From the IMG/VR virus record IMGVR_UViG_2600254997_000004: DNA of 18,257 bases; one strand, written 5' to 3'. This document shows, in pieces, positions 1 through 7,907 of this stretch. The position numbers and the translations under genes are program-made. Below the pieces are notes generated by a model. It was not told the DNA's origin. It saw nothing but the letters and a program-made list of their open reading frames with translations, and made no database searches. This stretch comes from a virus (taxonomy: Duplodnaviria > Heunggongvirae > Uroviricota > Caudoviricetes). Every line of letters starts with the position of its first letter. Position 1 is the first letter of the stretch.

Positions 1-614
1 CAGTTGTTCAGGAATATGGTGCAGCAGCTCGCCGTCGCCGCAGTAAATTGCGGCGTGATTCGGCACCGATGAACCAAAACAGCACAGCAGCACATCGCCC
101 GGCTGCGCCGCTGACAACGGCACCTGATACAGCCCTGTGGCCTCCAGATTATCCAGATAGAGATTCTGACCGTTACGCCACCAGTCATCCTCACGATGAA
201 AATCCGGCATCTCAATCCCCGCCAGATGGTAAGCGTCCCGGAACAGCGTGTAACAGTCCGTCACCCCGTGCTCAAAGCGCCGCCCGGTAAGATGTGGCAC
301 ACAGCGGAACTTGTGAATCGCCCCCGGCAGACCAGCCACCACGGCAAATCACTCTGCACCTGCAACCGCCGGTCAGCCTCACTCAGCCAGGGCAGACCAC
401 CGGGGTGGCTGTGGACCAGCGCCACAATCTCACCCTGCATCTCTGCCTGCAGCCAGTCCTCCGGAGCCATCCGGAAATAATCCTCCGGCTCACCGGAAAT
501 ATTCACGCAGGGAAAATATCTTTCCCCTTCCGGCGTTCTCACCACGAAGCCGCACGACTCCGCTGGCGCACATCGCCGGGCGTGCGCCAGAATCTCTGAT
601 TCTGTCTGTGTCAT
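1..614 (-). pseudogene. K: Tail assembly protein K (MPN/JAMM domain plus NlpC/P60 domain), split by an apparent 1-nt frameshift near 318-324; the 3' end runs off the window
   Basis: ATG at 614..612 opens a frame encoding MTQTESEILAHARR... with a JAMM-like motif (HSHPGG...SEAD) that stops at 263..261. A second frame (-1 relative to the first) is open from 348 to position 1 and encodes IHKFRCVPHLTGRRFEHGVTDCYTLFRDAY...AIYCGDGELLHHIPEQL, an NlpC/P60-like segment with Cys and His residues. In lambda both domains are one polypeptide. Confidence 0.7.
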
Positions 615-618
615 GGGA

Positions 619-1317
619 TTACTGCGAAAGTTTGTTAATGGAAAGGAAGCCGCCAAAGTTGCCGACGTTATTGCGAAACTTACAGCCGCTCAGGCATTTG
701 CTGCATTTATCCTTCGTGATATCGGACGTCGGCTGGTCATATTCATCCGCGACAGCCGGACCGTGATAACCACACTCATCACCGCGATAGGTCCAGGTGC
801 AGGTGTTGGCCAGCATGATACGCCCCGGAAAAACAGCACCATCCGTTTCCGTCGGTGTGGACAACACAAAGGAGGCACTGACCGCACTCAGTTCGCTGCA
901 CTGCTCGATGCGCCAGCGGCTGATCACCTCCTGCTCCGGATCGGCGTCGCTGTTTCCGTTGACGAAGTTCACCGCATCCAGAAAACGGGCGTAAACCTTA
1001 CGCCTGACCACCGTTCCGCCGACCAGACTCTGCAGGTCTTCCGCCATCCCCGTGACCATGCCGTGCAGGTTAGAAACCGTCAGTGTCGGACGGGCAGCAC
1101 TGCCCTTGCCGTTCAGTTCAAATCCTGTCCCCTGAATGGGGTATGCCTGATACTGCCGCCCCTGCCAGGTAACCGGCTCACCTTTTTCGTTCTGCTCATT
1201 ACAGAAAAAATAACGTTCACCACCGACCTCTGTCAGATCGATTTCCCAGAGCACCACCTGGGCTGACTGAGTGAGGCGTGTCGTCTCATGATGTGTTTCC
1301 TGTGGAATATCCTGCAT
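619..1317 (-). CDS. L: Minor tail protein L (lambda gpL-like, 232 aa)
   Basis: ATG at 1317 preceded by AGGAGG with 6-nt spacing; same length as lambda gpL with a Cys-rich C-terminus; sits between M and K as in lambda. Confidence 0.85.
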   Translation of the reverse strand: MQDIPQETHHETTRLTQSAQVVLWEIDLTEVGGERYFFCNEQNEKGEPVTWQGRQYQAYPIQGTGFELNGKGSAARPTLTVSNLHGMVTGMAEDLQSLVGGTVVRRKVYARFLDAVNFVNGNSDADPEQEVISRWRIEQCSELSAVSASFVLSTPTETDGAVFPGRIMLANTCTWTYRGDECGYHGPAVADEYDQPTSDITKDKCSKCLSGCKFRNNVGNFGGFLSINKLSQ

Positions 1318-1326
1318 CAGAGCCTC

Positions 1327-1656
1327 CTATGCCACGACCTGTTCAAAATCTGCCGTTATGGTTACCCACAGCGCCCCCACGCTTGCCGACCATTTACGAC
1401 AAACCACCCTAATCGGTTTCCAGTCATAAGGTGGCGTCCACTGAAATGCGCGGACGCCACCGTGCCGTTCCAGAAAGGCTTTTAAAGATGGGTGTTCACA
1501 TTTACGAACACGTATCGTCACGCTGTAAGTCGACAACTGGTTATTCAGTCCCGCCGCACGACGCTGTTCATAACCATCGCCCAGCTTCACTGTCACCACT
1601 TTCGGCTCTGATACCACATTCATATCCGGGCGCACTTTCCAGTGAAACGTCTCCAT
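1327..1656 (-). CDS. M: Minor tail protein M (lambda gpM-like, 109 aa)
   Basis: 109 aa, the lambda gpM length; its ATG overlaps the tape measure stop (TAATG); conserved position between H and L. Confidence 0.85.
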   Translation of the reverse strand: METFHWKVRPDMNVVSEPKVVTVKLGDGYEQRRAAGLNNQLSTYSVTIRVRKCEHPSLKAFLERHGGVRAFQWTPPYDWKPIRVVCRKWSASVGALWVTITADFEQVVA

Positions 1657-4600
1657 TACCGATATGCTCCACTTAACCGACCACCATCACGGGCCTGCTG
1701 TTGCATAAAGTCCGCTGCCGCTTTTTTCCCGAGGTCATAAACCGCCTTCAGGGCAGCCGGACCTATCTGCCCGTTCGTGCCATCGTTATTGATCTCGATG
1801 TTGTACTGCGGGGAAAACATCGCCATACCTGAACCCCCAATATCCGCCACAACCCCCAGCTTACCGTCAGCACCACGACGCAATGGCAGAATGGCTTCAG
1901 GTCCCGCTTCCCCCATCACACCTGCACCTTTTGCAAAAGCAAAAAACGTCGGACGGTTAACCACCGTGCCACTGTAGCGACTCAAATCAGCAGACTGATA
2001 AACACCACCATCAGCATTGGGCGTCACACTGGCAGTTGCTGCACTCCCCCAGCCAAACGCCGAACCAATCCCCTTAACTGCCTGCATCATGGACATCTGA
2101 GCCATGATTTTTGCCAGATCAGAAAGGAGCGAGGCGGTAAAAGATTTGAAGTTCAGTTTTCCGGTGGTACAGAATGTAGCCAGTGCATTACCTGCACTAT
2201 TAAATGCCGCTGTAAGCATCTGCTCCGCAGTGCCTGCCGCATTATCCGCATCTGCCGTGAAATTCTGAAACGCCCGCATGGCACCGTTTTTCCAGTTACC
2301 CTGAGCAATTTCAAGCTGTTGCCAGTAACGGCGATTCTCATTCAGTTGCCTGTTCAGGCTCTCCGTCAGCGCCTGCTCGGCCTTTCTGTAGTCATCCGTG
2401 TTATATGTCCCTTTCTGCTCACTATCCCGCCTCAACTGCTCCAGCTGTTGCTGGTATTTCTGGCGAAGGCTCAGTTGTACCTGATATCGCTGCCGCTGCT
2501 GATCACCCATACCCACCGTGGCGATATCCAGGTCATGTTGCTGACGCTGAGCGCGCTCTTCTTCAGCCAGTTGACTGGTCAGCTGAATTGTTTTTTTCTT
2601 CAGATCGTTGAGTGCCGTCTGTTTCTGAAGCTCCTGCTGTTTTACATCCAGCAGCGTCAGTGCCTGAATCAGTTCATCTTTACGGGCCAGCACACTCTTT
2701 TCATCTGCCGTCAGTTTTTTCCCGTCCAGGTCGCTGATGCGCTGCTGCAGAGCCAGAAGCTGTTTATGCGCTTCTGTCATCCTGTCAGTGGCAATGCCTG
2801 CTGACTGTCTGGCAGCAGCAATCTGTCCTTCCACCTGTGCCTGTTGCTGGCTGTACTGCAGCAATAACCGGGTGGCCTCATCATTACGGGTTTCGCGTGT
2901 TTTTTTCTTACCGGATGCCAGGGCTTTCTCGTAACGTTCATTTTCACGTTGTATCGCCGCATCCCTGACAGCCTGATCGGCGTACTGCATGGCATTAATA
3001 CGCGCAATTTCACGCTGATGTCGTGCTGCTTCCGTTTCATTCATCCGGTTCAGTGCAGCATTTTCAGCATTACGGCGTTTCTGTTGCTCCTGATAATTCC
3101 GCTCTGCCTGCTCTTTTGCATCCTGCAAATCCTTCTGGCGTTTTTTCTCCTGAAGCTCGTTAAGACGCTGCTGATCGTATTCAACCTGAGAAGATGATGC
3201 CGTCCAGGGGAGTCTTTTCGCCCGCGATACTTTCTCCTGCAAAGTGGCAATCTGCGCATCCAGCGAATCTTCACGACCAATATTCATGGCCGCATCCCAG
3301 AACTGCTTCCACCAGTCAGACAAGGTTTGCAGCGTACTACCCAGCGCATTGAGGTTATTATCAATATCCGCAGTACGCCGACCGGTTTCCTCTGCCAGTG
3401 CAGACATGGCTATCCGTGCCGCATCACTGGACCGCCCCTGCTCTCCAAGGATGCGTATCTGCTCAAGCTGAGTGGCAGTAAGAAAATGCAGCTCATTGTC
3501 CAGAGCCTTCGCGGCATTTACAGGATCATCCTTCAGCCGCTTAAACTGATTTATGGTATCGCTGATCGACTGGCCAACCGATCGCTCCATCTGTGCGGCA
3601 GCTCTCGCCACCATACCGATATCGTTTCCACGAAATGCACCACTCCCCACCACCTGAGCCAGCGCACCGGCTGCAGCATGTTGCGTGATACCATTCCCGG
3701 AAATAGCACGACTGAGCGTCCACAGCTGCCCGGCAGTGACTCCGGCATAATGCCCCGTCAGCGACAGCTGGCGGTTAAATTCTTCCCCCTCCTTCTGACC
3801 GTCATACCAGGCTTTACCCAGACCATAGACAGCCGCGGCAATACCGCCAATAACCCCGCCCAGCATCATGCCTTTCGGTGACATCAGTGTGTCTATCCAT
3901 CCGGCACGGTTAGCCAGCGTTATCCCGGATCCCCTCAGCGCCCCTAAATTGCCGCGGGCCAGTTCACCTATCAGAACGCCTATCTCCTGGCGGGCCGCTG
4001 CACTTTTCAGACCCAGCGAATGCGTGGCTTTTCCTGCCCGCTCCATTTTGCGGATATACACTTCTGCAGCACTGCTTACCCCCAGCTGGGCAGCCTTAGC
4101 ACGAAGCAACTCAGAAGATGAAAGATTCTGGCGGGTTGCCTGCTCTTTAAGCTGACGGATAAACGCCACTTTCTGTCGGGTACCCTCTTCCTCAGCCTGT
4201 GTAAGAACACGGGTTTTCGCCGTAACCTCAGAAATCAGCGCCAGATAATCCTGCTGACCAATCCCGCCACTGTTTCTGGCCTGTCGGATCTGCTGCTGAA
4301 TACGCTGTAATTCCTGCAGCCCCGCATTGGCCTGTTTCACACTGTCAATCTGACGATAAAACGCAGCAGCCGCTTTATCCTGAGCCTCCGCCAGAGCCAT
4401 GGCCTGCGCCTGTTCCTCGCGCATTTTCTGGCTCAGCGCCTCCATGCGCTGGCGGGTTTTCTCCACCTCGCGGGCCATGCGTTCATGAGCCTGTGCGTTC
4501 TTCTCCACCGTCTGCGCATGGACGGATGCGGCTGTTGCAGCCGAAGAAGCCGCCTGCGTTGTCTGCCGGGCGGCCTGAGTCTGACGCTCCATAAAACGCT

Positions 4601-4730
4601 GCATACGGGCAGAAGACCGTTCTGCATCGCTGGCTGCACCATTCAGAAGGTTTTTGATACGGGGGATTTCATTTTTAAACTCTGCCGCATCAATCCCCAA
4701 ATCAATGACCAGGTTGGCTATCTGGTCCAT
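1656..4730 (-). CDS. H: Tail tape measure protein (lambda gpH-like, about 1024 aa)
   Basis: Long coiled-coil-rich ORF; C-terminus NNDGTNGQIGPAALKAVYD matches the lambda gpH C-terminal motif. Start placed at ATG 4730 (MDQIANLVIDLG, GGAGGTG upstream); the ORF-track start at 4760 is a TTG extension. Confidence 0.9.
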   Translation of the reverse strand: MDQIANLVIDLGIDAAEFKNEIPRIKNLLNGAASDAERSSARMQRFMERQTQAARQTTQAASSAATAASVHAQTVEKNAQAHERMAREVEKTRQRMEALSQKMREEQAQAMALAEAQDKAAAAFYRQIDSVKQANAGLQELQRIQQQIRQARNSGGIGQQDYLALISEVTAKTRVLTQAEEEGTRQKVAFIRQLKEQATRQNLSSSELLRAKAAQLGVSSAAEVYIRKMERAGKATHSLGLKSAAARQEIGVLIGELARGNLGALRGSGITLANRAGWIDTLMSPKGMMLGGVIGGIAAAVYGLGKAWYDGQKEGEEFNRQLSLTGHYAGVTAGQLWTLSRAISGNGITQHAAAGALAQVVGSGAFRGNDIGMVARAAAQMERSVGQSISDTINQFKRLKDDPVNAAKALDNELHFLTATQLEQIRILGEQGRSSDAARIAMSALAEETGRRTADIDNNLNALGSTLQTLSDWWKQFWDAAMNIGREDSLDAQIATLQEKVSRAKRLPWTASSSQVEYDQQRLNELQEKKRQKDLQDAKEQAERNYQEQQKRRNAENAALNRMNETEAARHQREIARINAMQYADQAVRDAAIQRENERYEKALASGKKKTRETRNDEATRLLLQYSQQQAQVEGQIAAARQSAGIATDRMTEAHKQLLALQQRISDLDGKKLTADEKSVLARKDELIQALTLLDVKQQELQKQTALNDLKKKTIQLTSQLAEEERAQRQQHDLDIATVGMGDQQRQRYQVQLSLRQKYQQQLEQLRRDSEQKGTYNTDDYRKAEQALTESLNRQLNENRRYWQQLEIAQGNWKNGAMRAFQNFTADADNAAGTAEQMLTAAFNSAGNALATFCTTGKLNFKSFTASLLSDLAKIMAQMSMMQAVKGIGSAFGWGSAATASVTPNADGGVYQSADLSRYSGTVVNRPTFFAFAKGAGVMGEAGPEAILPLRRGADGKLGVVADIGGSGMAMFSPQYNIEINNDGTNGQIGPAALKAVYDLGKKAAADFMQQQARDGGRLSGAYR

Positions 4731-5052
4731 AACGCACACCTCCGGAAATACCTTCCCCAAGATGCATCAGTTCTTCGTCCGTTCGCTCCGGTATCCCGTT
4801 CTCTTCCGGTAAAAGGCTGAAATCAGCCACCGCAGCATCACTGCTGCCGGACACCATTCTCACGATCAATGCCTTCAGCGAGGCAAACTGCGCATCCATC
4901 CACACATCACTGAAGCTCTGCATCCGGAAATAATCGCCCCACTCACCAAGCTCAGTGGCCGACATTTCCGACAGCATCCGCCGCCAGTCTGCCCGCCGGA
5001 ACTCCCGGGCAAGCCGCATGACAAACTGCATTTCCCGCGTCAGGACTTTTCC
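4702..5052 (-). CDS. T: T segment of the G-T tail assembly chaperone, reached by programmed -1 frameshift from G
   Basis: The frame encoding ...MQFVMRLAREFRR... is open from 5064 to the stop at 4702 and lies -1 relative to G. It overlaps the last G codons at heptamer G GAA AAG (5052..5046), analogous to the lambda G GGA AAG slip site. Confidence 0.75.
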   Translation of the reverse strand, partial: GKVLTREMQFVMRLAREFRRADWRRMLSEMSATELGEWGDYFRMQSFSDVWMDAQFASLKALIVRMVSGSSDAAVADFSLLPEENGIPERTDEELMHLGEGISGGVRYGPDSQPGH

Positions 5053-5429
5053 GGCGTCAGCGCCTCATGCTCATCATCCCCGGCATTATCAATGGTCCCC
5101 ATACCGCTCAGCGACAGAACCATCTCCGCCCCCGCACCCAGGGCATCATACGACCATGTTGTAATAACGGATGCGCAAAGCGTCTCTACATCCTTAGACT
5201 GATCCGCATTCCACAGTGAGCGGGAAACCAGCCAGGCATTGATATCCATCCCCATCCGCAGAAAAGCAATCTGTCGTTCAGCCTCCGGCAGTTCTCCCTC
5301 TTCGGCATCAAACTTTGCCGTTCGCTGCTGAACAAACGCCAGATATTCAATTCTCTGCAGCCCGGACAGCTCACTGAGCACCACGGACTGCTTTTCATAA
5401 TTAAACGTGCCCTGTTTCAGAAACATCAT
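5040..5429 (-). CDS. G: Tail assembly chaperone G (lambda gpG-like)
   Basis: MMFLKQGTFNYEK...LSELSGLQRIEYLAF resembles the lambda gpG N-terminus (MFLK...); GGTGGAG Shine-Dalgarno upstream of the ATG pair at 5429/5426; acidic C-terminal tail; the ORF-track start at 5468 is a TTG extension. Confidence 0.85.
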   Translation of the reverse strand: MMFLKQGTFNYEKQSVVLSELSGLQRIEYLAFVQQRTAKFDAEEGELPEAERQIAFLRMGMDINAWLVSRSLWNADQSKDVETLCASVITTWSYDALGAGAEMVLSLSGMGTIDNAGDDEHEALTPEKS

Positions 5430-5441
5430 GTTCTCCACCTG

Positions 5442-5466
5442 AAAAAAAGCCCCGGATAACCGGGGC
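5442..5466 (-). terminator. Intrinsic terminator-like hairpin after major tail gene V
   Basis: On the minus strand GCCCCGG-TTAT-CCGGGGC (7-bp GC stem, 4-nt loop) is followed by 7 U; lies between the V stop (5487) and the G ribosome binding site. Confidence 0.6.
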
Positions 5467-5486
5467 AAATGATGAGTATCGTCCTG

Positions 5487-6230
5487 TTAACCTGCGGCGC
5501 TGACAGCCACCGTAGCCACTGCCACAAAATCGCCGTCAGAAGTCATGCCCACAATGCTGACACTGCCCTGCTTCACGCCTTTCACCGTGGCCACAAGCCC
5601 GTTCAGGGTCACCGTGGCAGTCTGTGGATCTGTCGAATGCACACTGATCGCTTTGCCACTGGCTCCGTCAGGTTTTACTGTAAAGGTCAGCGTGGTGGTT
5701 GCTCCCACTTTTACACTGGCAGATGCCGGTGCCACCGTCAGCCCGGTAACGCCCACGGTTTCAGTGCCTTCCTCTGCCAGATACGGACGCCCCACACCGC
5801 TGATTTTCACTGTGCGGGTCATCACGTCTTTTGAGGCAATGGTTTTACCCAGTGAGCTCAGCCAGCCACGGAAAACATCAACAGTGCCGTTGGGATATTT
5901 GATACGAAACGCGCAGACTTCACCGGAGTCGAACAACTGAACCAGTTTTTTCTGCCCGCTGTCACCCGGACGCCAGGCCAGCGTCGCCGAAGTATCACCA
6001 ACGGATTCCTGCCCCTGGGTTGTCGTTTTCCAGTCTGCATCTTCATCATCGAGATAAGTGTCATCTTCTGCATCAGCGGTCATTTCGCCAGGTTGCAGAT
6101 CCTTCACCATCGCAAGACGCAGCCAGTCAGTGTCCGACAAAGGGTTCGCAAATGCGTCGCCGTTGCCGGTATACATCCAGAACGTCGTTCCCGCACCTTT
6201 CGTTTTTGCCAGTGGATTTGGTGTGGTCAT
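5487..6230 (-). CDS. V: Major tail protein V with C-terminal Ig-like (Big_2-type) domain
   Basis: Start at ATG 6230 (MTTPNPLAKTKGAGTT) preceded by AAGGAGG; N-terminus resembles lambda gpV (MPVPNP...KGAGTT); Thr/Val-rich C-terminal Ig-like segment. Confidence 0.9.
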   Translation of the reverse strand: MTTPNPLAKTKGAGTTFWMYTGNGDAFANPLSDTDWLRLAMVKDLQPGEMTADAEDDTYLDDEDADWKTTTQGQESVGDTSATLAWRPGDSGQKKLVQLFDSGEVCAFRIKYPNGTVDVFRGWLSSLGKTIASKDVMTRTVKISGVGRPYLAEEGTETVGVTGLTVAPASASVKVGATTTLTFTVKPDGASGKAISVHSTDPQTATVTLNGLVATVKGVKQGSVSIVGMTSDGDFVAVATVAVSAAG

Positions 6231-6240
6231 TACCACCTCC

Positions 6241-6642
6241 TTAATTCGTGTACGTGATCTGGTACGTGATTTCCGCCATCGCCCAGGTGGCCATCTCATT
6301 ATCACGTTGATAGTTAAAACCGAGTGGGATCAGGGTGTCGATGAGTCCGGAAAGTGCCGGTACATCATTCAGGGCCGGGAAAATGGTGCTCTCCATCCAC
6401 ATATCCAGCTCTGAATCCGGTGCTTGTGCCCGGATGAAGACAGCAATATGCAGAACAGCCTGCCAGTCATCTTCATCCGTCATTTTTCCGGTGTACTGAG
6501 CATCACTCAGCCACACCGACACGGCAGGCAGTTCCTGCGCATCAACAAATGCCGGAAGCCCGTCAAAAAACGTGGCGCTGTCTCCACACTGTTCCCGAAG
6601 GCGTGCCAGTACGACCTGGCGGATTTGTGTATGTCGGTTCAT
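6241..6642 (-). CDS. U: Tail terminator protein U (lambda gpU-like)
   Basis: MNRHTQIRQVVLARL...ATFFDG resembles the lambda gpU N-terminus; its ATG overlaps the Z stop as ATGA (translational coupling). Confidence 0.85.
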   Translation of the reverse strand: MNRHTQIRQVVLARLREQCGDSATFFDGLPAFVDAQELPAVSVWLSDAQYTGKMTDEDDWQAVLHIAVFIRAQAPDSELDMWMESTIFPALNDVPALSGLIDTLIPLGFNYQRDNEMATWAMAEITYQITYTN

Positions 6643-7217
6643 CGGGTCAGCCATAACCTCAGTTGTTGTTTCAGTGCATAACCCAACTGTTTCGGCATTT
6701 CCGCAGCAATGATGCGGTCGCGGGCATCTTCAAATGCCTGTGTCAGCGGTCCGGACAACGGGATTTTCACCACATCAATGGGGTAACGATTTTTGCCATC
6801 AATACGCCGCATCACATGCCAGCGACCATTCGCCAGTTGCTGAATAAACGCATCCCGGAAAAGATATTTACCCACCTTCAGCACACTGCCACGGTACTGC
6901 AGTTTTCCACCACGCCGGGCCAGTCTGACCCGGGCTGTCCCCAGCTTAATGGCGGGCAGATTGCCCCGGTTGACGCGGATCCTGGCCGTCATTTTTCCTG
7001 ACGGACTGGCTTTAAACACCCGGACACGCTGACGTACCAGTTTCAGGGGTATCCCTTTCACCTGGTTATCTCCCGCAACGGTATTCCCGGCAACCTGCCG
7101 GGTGGCAACCGAGACCGCTTTCTGTGCCACACGGTTTATCGCCCATGCGCTGGCCTGTGGCACCATACGGGTATCAAGGCTGTTCAGATTGCGGATGGCA
7201 TTCTCAAGCCCCTTCAT
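6639..7217 (-). CDS. Z: Tail completion protein Z (lambda gpZ-like, 192 aa)
   Basis: 192 aa, same as lambda gpZ; motifs IKLG.ARV and NGRWHVM.R..GKNRYPIDVVKIP match my recollection of gpZ; AGAGGTG upstream of the ATG. Confidence 0.85.
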   Translation of the reverse strand: MKGLENAIRNLNSLDTRMVPQASAWAINRVAQKAVSVATRQVAGNTVAGDNQVKGIPLKLVRQRVRVFKASPSGKMTARIRVNRGNLPAIKLGTARVRLARRGGKLQYRGSVLKVGKYLFRDAFIQQLANGRWHVMRRIDGKNRYPIDVVKIPLSGPLTQAFEDARDRIIAAEMPKQLGYALKQQLRLWLTR

Positions 7218-7228
7218 CCCACACCTCT

Positions 7229-7468
7229 TTACTCAATAAAGATCATTGGCTTACCGTTAAAGCGTTCATGCCGTGTGACCGTCCAATGTTGTCCGTCATA
7301 AACAACGCGATCCCCGCGCCGTGGGCGGTATCCCAAAGAAAACACCACCAGAGAGACAGCAGGTCCGGACAGAGCATTCAGCTCTGCCAGTGTTTCGCCC
7401 GGGATCACAGCCATATCGACATCATTAATCGAGGGCTGTCTTTCCCATCTTTCTGACCGTGATCGCAT
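7229..7468 (-). CDS. Small head-tail connector or head completion protein (FII-position gene), 79 aa, function not recognised
   Basis: ORF with ATG start, tightly packed between the upstream small structural gene and Z in the same orientation; no recognisable motif. Confidence 0.5.
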   Translation of the reverse strand: MRSRSERWERQPSINDVDMAVIPGETLAELNALSGPAVSLVVFSLGYRPRRGDRVVYDGQHWTVTRHERFNGKPMIFIE

Positions 7469-7497
7469 CCATACGCGCTGCCAGCCGAGAAAAGGGA

Positions 7498-7821
7498 TCA
7501 GACATTGAGTTTTACCGGCACTTCTTCTGCACTGGTTCCGGCATCTGCCCAGACAACCCCGACCAGCGGATCAGAGCCGCTGTTAGTCAGCTGAACTTTT
7601 CCGGACTTCAGATAAACCTTCTTACCCGTTTTCATGTCATCCGTTTTCAGCTTAGGCAGGATAAACACACCTTCGGTCATGCCGTCGCCTGTTTCACCCT
7701 GTGGAATATCGGTCAGCGCCACCGCAAAAACATCACCCACCTGCACCAGATCTCCGCTGCTGATGGCTGCACTGGCAACAATCGCCACCGTTTTTCCTTC
7801 TTCTACAAAATTCTTTGCCAT
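7498..7821 (-). CDS. Small capsid-associated protein (DUF2190-like; possible head decoration or connector protein)
   Basis: Start at ATG 7821 (MAKNFVEEGK) with GGAG 6 nt upstream, placed just downstream of the capsid terminator; Gly/Val-rich beta-type sequence of a kind often found right after major capsid genes. Confidence 0.6.
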   Translation of the reverse strand: MAKNFVEEGKTVAIVASAAISSGDLVQVGDVFAVALTDIPQGETGDGMTEGVFILPKLKTDDMKTGKKVYLKSGKVQLTNSGSDPLVGVVWADAGTSAEEVPVKLNV

Positions 7822-7864
7822 AACTGTCTCCGCACAGCCCCGTTCAGGGGCTGATTTCAGGTAC

Positions 7865-7883
7865 AAAAAAAGCCCTTACGGGC
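7865..7883 (-). terminator. Intrinsic terminator-like hairpin after the major capsid ORF
   Basis: On the minus strand GCCC-GUAA-GGGC (GNRA-type loop) is followed by 7 U, 25 nt after the capsid stop at 7908. Confidence 0.55.
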
Positions 7884-7907
7884 CATCAGAGTTGTTGTCT
7901 GCGACGT

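Noticed and set aside
613-1266. Plus-strand ORFs overlapping the minus-strand structural genes, for example 613..1266, 2319..2804, 3327..3881, 8265..8849 and 10687..11100
   Set aside because: They run antisense to long, well-supported phage genes, lack ribosome binding sites and have low-complexity or unusual composition. They are typical shadow ORFs.
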